A stretch of DNA of 40,970 bases from Alphaproteobacteria bacterium (lineage in GTDB: Bacteria > Pseudomonadota > Alphaproteobacteria > JACZXZ01), in the NCBI GenBank assembly GCA_035516655.1, contig DATJAC010000251.1, positions 1 to 40,970 on the forward strand, in the 5' to 3' direction. Shown one piece after another: positions 35,650 through 40,970 of this stretch (position 1 is its first letter; each line of letters starts with the position of its first letter). The notes beneath the pieces were generated by a model that saw nothing but the letters and a program-made list of their open reading frames with translations, was not told the DNA's origin and did not search any database. The position numbers and the translations under genes are program-made.

Positions 35650-36678
35650 TCAGACACTCGCCGGCATTCCCGCCTTCTCCGCCTCAGTATAGAAGGCGTC
35701 GGCGTGGATGTCCTCGGCCGCCATGCCGCACGCGCCCAGCATCGCACTCGCCGCCTCGACCATGACCGGAGGTCCCGCGAGATAGGCCTTCCAACCCGCG
35801 AAGCTCGCGTGATCCGCGCGCACGGCATCGTGCACGAAGCCGGTGCGGCGTCTCGTCGCCCGCCGCGGCTCGCTCAAGACCGGGATGAAGCCGAGATTGG
35901 GATGGTGCCGGGCAAGGGCTGCGAAATGCTCCTCGAGATAGAGGTCGCGCTCGTCGCGCACGCCGAAATAAAGCCGGATCGGCTGTGCCACCCCGTGGCG
36001 CAGCGCGGTCTCGACGATCGATTTGATGGGAGCGAGGCCGGAGCCGCCGGCGATCGCGAGCACGGGGCCGATGTGAGTGGGGCGCCAATGGCTGGTGCCG
36101 AACGGGCCTTCGAGGGCCACCTCCTCGCCCAGGGTCAGATGCCGGGCCACGTAATGCGACGAGCGCCCGTCGGCCAAGGCCCGGATGTGAAACTCGAGGG
36201 TGGCCTCCGTCGGCCCATTGGCCATGGAATAGTCGCGCGCGGGTTGGCCGCGAAAGGCCACCCGGGCATATTGTCCGGCGGAAAAAACGAACGGCCCGCC
36301 GGCCAGCACCTCGAGGCGCACGCGCTTGATGTCGTGGGTGAGCTGATCGAGGGCCACGACACGGCAGTCGAGCCGGCGCCAGGGATGGATGGCGCTCTCG
36401 TCGCCCTCGAGCCAGGCGACCTCGACGTCGGAGCAGGGCAGCGCGCGGCAGGCGAGGATCAGCCCCGCGGCCTTCTCCCCCGCACTCAGCGCATAGCTCG
36501 AATAGGGCATCATCTCGACCGTGCCGCGGTGGAGGCGGGATTTGCAGGCGCCGCAATTGCCCGCCTGGCAGCCGTGAGGATAGGCCACCCCGGCCGCGAG
36601 AGCGGCCGCCAGGATGGTCTCGCCGGTCCCCACGGCGATGGTGCTGTCCTCTTGGCGAATGCGCAGAGTGAAGGTCAT
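35650..36678 (-). CDS. 2Fe-2S ferredoxin / FAD / NAD(P)H oxidoreductase (N-terminal ferredoxin type)
   Basis: Plant-type cluster motif C-x4-C-x2-C (CQAGNCGAC) plus a distal Cys (ILAC). FAD motif RDYS and NAD motif AGGSGLAPI are present. Confidence 0.85.
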   Translation of the reverse strand: MTFTLRIRQEDSTIAVGTGETILAAALAAGVAYPHGCQAGNCGACKSRLHRGTVEMMPYSSYALSAGEKAAGLILACRALPCSDVEVAWLEGDESAIHPWRRLDCRVVALDQLTHDIKRVRLEVLAGGPFVFSAGQYARVAFRGQPARDYSMANGPTEATLEFHIRALADGRSSHYVARHLTLGEEVALEGPFGTSHWRPTHIGPVLAIAGGSGLAPIKSIVETALRHGVAQPIRLYFGVRDERDLYLEEHFAALARHHPNLGFIPVLSEPRRATRRRTGFVHDAVRADHASFAGWKAYLAGPPVMVEAASAMLGACGMAAEDIHADAFYTEAEKAGMPASV

Positions 36679-36977
36679 GCGGCTCCCGGGCCGGGCAGCT
36701 TGCCGTCATTAGGCACGGCTGGCGGCAAGCTAGGCGCGGGTCGGCCGGAATTCAAGGCGGCAACGCCGCCGGGCTGCAGATAGGCGAACGCCCGGTCTAG
36801 GGGGGCATGACCGGGCGTTCTACGGCTCCAGAGGGAGCCCGAGGGCACCAGGGGAGTTGCCCTCGGGCGGCCAGGTGCCACCGCGGTGGCCCGCTGGCCG
36901 CTCGCTTATGAAATAGGCCGCGAATCGGCCGGTCGCCATGTCAACTCCGCCAAGCAGCCATGCGGTGAGCGCAGCGC

Positions 36978-38801
36978 TTAACTTTTCGCGAGTCCGGACT
37001 GCGAGAGCGCCTCGCGCGCCGGCCCCCTTGTCCGGGCCTGCTCATCGGCGACCACGTCGAAGGCCACGCAGATGCGGTCCTCGCTGCCCTCGAAGGGGAT
37101 CGTGTGGTGCCAGTAATAGGAGGGGAAGAGGACGATCATGCCCGGCTCGGGCCTGAGCGCCCTGGCCACCGGCCTGTCCGCGGCTTGCGCCGCGGGCGTG
37201 CCGGCGACCGGCGGACCGAACTTGATGAAGCCGGCCTCGCCGGTATTGCCCGCCGTCACGACGCCGGGAATCTGCACGTAATAAACCCCGCTCACGACGG
37301 CCTCGGGATGGAAATGCGGGATCTGGTAGCCACTCGCGCGCAACACGACCGCCCAGCCGTGGAGGCGCCAGGCTTGCGGGGCTCGCGGCGCCCAGGGGCT
37401 CGTACTTTGCGGCAGCGTCGCGAAATACTCGGCGACCGATTCCTCGATGAAGCGCTGCAAGGCCGCTACCGGCGCGTCGGCGCAATTGAGCAGCTCCATC
37501 GTCTGGCTGCCGTGCTGGGTCGCCCGCCCCGGCGGATCGCGCATGAGGGTCGGATGGCGGCAGATGTAGCGGGCGAGCTCGGCATTGAAGTCCGCGACCG
37601 TGGCCCAAGCCGGCACCCGCGCGAGCCGCCGCTGCTTGAGGAGATGCTCATGGTCGAGGAGTGTGAGCGCCTCCTCCCATTTGCCGAGCTGCTGCAGCGC
37701 GGTCGACCAATGCGCCTTGGCGGCGGTGAGGGTGGGCTCGAGCTCGAGAGCCTTGCGGAAAGCGGTCTCCGCCGCGGGAAAATCGCCCATCGCCTGGAAC
37801 GTTTGGGCGAGATTGACGTAGCTGACGGCATGGCCGGGTGCCAGCAGCAGGCCTTTGCGGATCTCCGCGAGGGCTGCATCGAACGCGCCCTCCTCGTAGA
37901 GAACGGCGCCGAGGTTGAGGTGGGGTTGGGCGAGGTTGGGGTCGAGCTCGACCGCGCGGGCGAAGCAGAGCTTCGCCTCGCCGCGCTTGTCCTGCTCCTG
38001 CAATGCGGCACCGAGGTTGAGGTAGAGCGAGGCGGAACGCGGATCAATGGCGAGCGCGGTGCGATAGGATTGAATGGCTTCGTCGAGCCGGCGCTGTGCC
38101 GCGAGCACGACGGCGAGATTGTAGTGCACCTCGACGGAGCGGACATCGAGGGCGACCGCCTGCCGCAGGACCGCGATCGCCTCGTCGAAATGCGACAACT
38201 CATGCAAGGTCACGCCGAGATTGACGTGAAAGCCGGCGATGCCGGCGTGTGCCGCGATCGCACGCCGGTAGGCGGCGGCGGCCTCGAGCAGCTTTCCCTC
38301 CCGGCGCAAGAGATTGCCGAGGCTGAAGTGCGCGGCGGCGAAATCCGGCCGGAGGGCGAGTGCCTGCCGGTAGGCGTCCGCGGCCTCGGCCAGCCGGTCG
38401 GCAGCGAAATAGGCATGGCCCAAATCGGTCAAATAGGCGGGATTGTCCGGCACCAGACGCTGTGCCGCCGCGAGGTGTGCTATCGCCTCGTCGCCGCGCC
38501 CGCTCTCGGCGCACAGGATGCCGAGACGGCGGCGCGGCTCGGCGGCCGTGGGCCAAGCCGCGATGATCTTGGCATAGAGCTCCTCGGCGGCCGGGAGCCG
38601 CCCGGCGCGGCGGTGCGCAGTCGCGAGCGCCATCAGCGATTTGAGATCGCCTGCCCCTGCCGGTTCTCCGCCGCGATGCGCACACTCGTCCAATGTTCGC
38701 AGCCGCCTGTCGACAACGCCCCGCGCGCGCCAGTGCAAGGCGCAAACAGCCGTCCACTTATAATGACGGAGGAAAGGGCATTTCCCTGCGCTCGCGCGCA
38801 T
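36978..38801 (-). CDS. TPR-repeat protein with a C-terminal 2OG-Fe(II)-oxygenase-like domain (PF13759/TIGR02466-like), paralog 1
   Basis: About 10 TPR units (A..Y..AL...P....A..NLG) precede HFHPEAVVSGVYYVQIP...GMIVLFPSYYWHHTIPF...RICVAFDV. The start is uncertain (ATG 38801, TTG 38855, or further downstream). Confidence 0.75.
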   Translation of the reverse strand: MRASAGKCPFLRHYKWTAVCALHWRARGVVDRRLRTLDECAHRGGEPAGAGDLKSLMALATAHRRAGRLPAAEELYAKIIAAWPTAAEPRRRLGILCAESGRGDEAIAHLAAAQRLVPDNPAYLTDLGHAYFAADRLAEAADAYRQALALRPDFAAAHFSLGNLLRREGKLLEAAAAYRRAIAAHAGIAGFHVNLGVTLHELSHFDEAIAVLRQAVALDVRSVEVHYNLAVVLAAQRRLDEAIQSYRTALAIDPRSASLYLNLGAALQEQDKRGEAKLCFARAVELDPNLAQPHLNLGAVLYEEGAFDAALAEIRKGLLLAPGHAVSYVNLAQTFQAMGDFPAAETAFRKALELEPTLTAAKAHWSTALQQLGKWEEALTLLDHEHLLKQRRLARVPAWATVADFNAELARYICRHPTLMRDPPGRATQHGSQTMELLNCADAPVAALQRFIEESVAEYFATLPQSTSPWAPRAPQAWRLHGWAVVLRASGYQIPHFHPEAVVSGVYYVQIPGVVTAGNTGEAGFIKFGPPVAGTPAAQAADRPVARALRPEPGMIVLFPSYYWHHTIPFEGSEDRICVAFDVVADEQARTRGPAREALSQSGLAKS

Positions 38802-38935
38802 GCTCAAACGGTTGAGCAGACCTTCCCAATGCGCGGGGCTTCGCCGGCGCCGCAACTTTGCTCGGCACCGGAACCCGCGCGCCCAAGCTTATGCGGCGAG
38901 AGCGATCTCGGCGCCGGAGCGGGGCGCCGTGCGTG

Positions 38936-40636
38936 TCAATGCGGCGTGCCGCCTCTCGCAGCCGGAGGGTCGCTGATGACGTCGAAGGCCACGCAGATGC
39001 GGTCCTCTTGGCTCTCGAACGGCATCGTGTAGTGCCAATAATAGGAGGGAAAGAGGACGACCATTCCCTCCTCGGGCCGCAGCGCCCTGGTGAGCGGGGT
39101 GTCCTCCGCGCTGGCGTCGGCCGTCCCTGCGAGCGGAGGGCCGAACTTGATGAAGCCGGCCTCGCCCGCCTGTCCCGAGCGCACGACCGCGGGGATTTGC
39201 ACGTAATAGACCCCGCTCACCATCGCCGGAGGGTGGAAGTGCGGCGTCTGATAGCCGCTCGCGCGCAAGACCACCGCCCAGCCGTTCAGGTGCCAAGCCT
39301 CGAGTGGAGGTGGTGCCAAGGAGTTGGCGCTGGTCCGAAGTGCCGTCGCGAGATAGTCGGCGACACTCGCCTCGATGAAGCGCTGGAGGGCCGCGACGGG
39401 CGCGTCCGCGGAATTGAGGATTTCCAGGCTCTGCTGGCCTCCCTTGGTGGCCAACCCCGGGGGATCGCGCATGAGCGTCGGGTGGCGATAGATGTAGCGC
39501 GCGAGCTCGGCGTTGAATGCGGCAAGCGTCGGCCAAGGCGGCATCTCCTCGAGCCGACGCGTCGCGAGCAGATGGGCATAGTCGAGGAGGGCCAGCGCCT
39601 CGTCCCATCGCCCCATCTGCCTGAGGGCGATCGACCACTGGGCTTTCGCGGTGGTGAGGCCGGGCTCGAGTGCCAAGGCCTTGCGGAAGGCCGCCTCGGC
39701 ACCCGCGAGATCGCCCGAGGCCTGCAAGGTCTGGCCGAGGTTGACGTGGGTGAGCGCCTTGTCGGGTGCCAGCTCCAAGGCGCGCCGGATGGCGACGAGC
39801 GCCGGCTCCAAGTCGCCTTTGCCGTAAAGTGCCGCACCGAGGTTGACGTGCGCCTGGGCGAGATCGGGAGCGAGCTCGGCCGCGCGCGCGAAGCAGGCGA
39901 TCGCCTCGTCGAGCCTGCCCGTCTCCTCGAGGGCCACGCCCAGATTGAGATGCGCCGCCGCCGCCTCGGGCTGGACGGCGAGGGCGGCGCCGTACGACCG
40001 GATCGCCTCGTCGAGCTTTTGCTGCCCCGCCAGGACGAACGCCAGATTGTAGTGCGCTTCGTAAGAGTGCGCATCGAGGGCGACGGCTTGGCGCAACTCT
40101 GCGATGGCCTCCTCGAACAGCTTCAAGCGTTGCAAGGTCACGCCGAGGTTGATGTGGAAGGCGACGACGCGGGGATCGGCGGCGACGGCGCGCCGATAGG
40201 CGGCGACGGCTTCGCGGAGCTTGCCTTGAGCGCGCAGGAGATTGCCGAGGTTGAAATAGCCGTCGCCCGAATCCGGACGCAGCGCTATGGCACGGCGGTA
40301 GGCCTCCTCGGCAGCGTCAAGGCGCTGTGCCGCCAGATAGGCATGGCCGAGATCGTTGAGATAGACGGGATTGTCGGGAGCCAGGCGCTGCGCTTCCGCG
40401 ATGAGTCCGATTGCGGCATCGAGGCGCCCGTCGCGGGCATAGAGAATGCCGAGCCGGCGGCGCGGCTCGGCCGCCGCCGGCCAAGCCGCGATGATCCGCT
40501 TGTAGACTTCGGCCGCGGCGTCAAGGCGCCCGGCGCGCTGGTGATCGCGCGCCAGCGCCATGAGCGCCCGGGCATCGCTCGCGGCACGCGGCTGCTCCGT
40601 CGTCCCCTTGCCGCCTGCGCGCGTTCCGGCGTTCAT
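38936..40636 (-). CDS. TPR-repeat + 2OG-Fe(II)-oxygenase-like protein, paralog 2
   Basis: 566 aa, collinear with paralog 1. The same C-terminal motifs are present: HFHPPAMVSGVYYVQIP, LFPSYYWHYTMPF and RICVAFDV. Confidence 0.8.
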   Translation of the reverse strand: MNAGTRAGGKGTTEQPRAASDARALMALARDHQRAGRLDAAAEVYKRIIAAWPAAAEPRRRLGILYARDGRLDAAIGLIAEAQRLAPDNPVYLNDLGHAYLAAQRLDAAEEAYRRAIALRPDSGDGYFNLGNLLRAQGKLREAVAAYRRAVAADPRVVAFHINLGVTLQRLKLFEEAIAELRQAVALDAHSYEAHYNLAFVLAGQQKLDEAIRSYGAALAVQPEAAAAHLNLGVALEETGRLDEAIACFARAAELAPDLAQAHVNLGAALYGKGDLEPALVAIRRALELAPDKALTHVNLGQTLQASGDLAGAEAAFRKALALEPGLTTAKAQWSIALRQMGRWDEALALLDYAHLLATRRLEEMPPWPTLAAFNAELARYIYRHPTLMRDPPGLATKGGQQSLEILNSADAPVAALQRFIEASVADYLATALRTSANSLAPPPLEAWHLNGWAVVLRASGYQTPHFHPPAMVSGVYYVQIPAVVRSGQAGEAGFIKFGPPLAGTADASAEDTPLTRALRPEEGMVVLFPSYYWHYTMPFESQEDRICVAFDVISDPPAARGGTPH

Positions 40637-40673
40637 CGCGGCTTTCGACCGGTACGTGCGACTGTCGCGCGTT

Positions 40674-40970
40674 TCAACGCGGCGTGCCGCGCCGTGCGGC
40701 CGGCGCGTCGCTGATGACGTCGAAGGCCACGCAGATGCGGTCCTCCCGGCTTTCGAACGGCACCGTGTAGTGCCAGAAGTAGGCCGGAAAGAGGACGACC
40801 ATGCCTTCCTCGGGCCGCACCCCGTTGGTGAGCGGCGTATCCTCCGCTTTTGTCACGGTCACGGGATCGATCGGCGGGCCGAACTTGATGAAGCCGGCCT
40901 CCCCCGCCTCGCCCGAGCGCACCACCTTGGGGATCTGCACGTAATAGACGCCGCTGACCGTTGCGGCGGC
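40674..40970 (-). CDS. TPR + 2OG-Fe(II)-oxygenase-like protein, paralog 3 (3' fragment; the gene runs off the window)
   Basis: The C-terminal oxygenase motifs YYVQIPKVVRSGEAGEAGFIKFGPP...LFPAYFWHYTVPF..RICVAFDVISD are present. The reading frame stays open to the window edge. Confidence 0.75.
   Translation of the reverse strand, partial: AAATVSGVYYVQIPKVVRSGEAGEAGFIKFGPPIDPVTVTKAEDTPLTNGVRPEEGMVVLFPAYFWHYTVPFESREDRICVAFDVISDAPAARRGTPR

Noticed and set aside
36877-36890. Perfect 14-bp palindrome gccaccgcggtggc, with a nearby gagggca...tgccctc hairpin, in the 300-bp gap between the reductase gene and TPR paralog 1.
   Set aside because: It is short, has no T-tract, and is single-copy in the window. 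It could be an operator or a weak terminator, but nothing in the sequence distinguishes it from chance in GC-rich DNA.
38740-38790. AT-richer patch cacttataatgacggagg between TPR paralogs 2 and 1 as a -10 promoter box.
   Set aside because: The TATAAT reads on the + strand, while the flanking genes are on the - strand. The minus-strand reading (cattataag) has no convincing -35 partner. I kept it only as a reason to doubt the paralog 1 start codon.
1-40970. Looked for CRISPR arrays, tRNA/rRNA/tmRNA genes, integrases, transposases and phage genes that would mark a mobile island.
   Set aside because: None found by eye. The only direct repeats are the 18-bp coding repeat in rsmB and the dispersed palindromic elements. 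There is no cloverleaf-like or rRNA-like low-GC structured segment.

Overview
This is a very GC-rich window (GC visibly near 70%, G/C-biased third codon positions). Gene content looks like an alphaproteobacterial chromosome, Rhodospirillales- or Rhizobiales-like, but that taxonomic call is inference only. I support about 34 protein-coding genes. I see no rRNA, tRNA, CRISPR array, transposase or integrase.

**Left third (1-17.2 kb)** is mostly housekeeping:
- htpX, rsmB, rpe, a heparinase II/III-like protein and a three-domain RidA fusion.
- An AsnB-type amidotransferase overlapping a GT4 glycosyltransferase.
- cysD-cysNC-yggS, then an L,D-transpeptidase-fold protein, an alpha/beta hydrolase, an OmpR-type response regulator and an MBL-fold hydrolase.

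**Centre (17.5-34.1 kb)** is the most interesting part.
- A roughly 12.7 kb minus-strand operon of 11 genes has most junctions overlapping start and stop codons.
- It joins five glycan-assembly enzymes (two MurG/GT28-like GTs, two GT4s, a CE4/DUF2334-like deacetylase), a histidine phosphatase and a small 2-TM protein to a complete Opp/Dpp-type binding-protein-dependent importer.
- It faces a divergent operon that encodes an ABC half-transporter whose nucleotide-binding domain has lost three canonical catalytic residues and carries a ~290-aa internally repeated insert. A stand-alone cyclic-nucleotide-binding protein and a small SAM-methyltransferase-fold protein follow it.
- I could not match this arrangement to a named pathway.

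**Right end (34.1-41 kb)** carries xthA, a two-gene di-iron oxygenase plus ferredoxin-reductase module, and a tandem array of three paralogous TPR + 2OG-Fe(II)-oxygenase genes.

**Non-coding DNA:** five intergenic sites hold one family of double-hairpin palindromic repeats. Two of them are ~180-bp MITE-like copies with imperfect terminal inverted repeats.

All functional calls rest on motifs read by eye. No database search was run.
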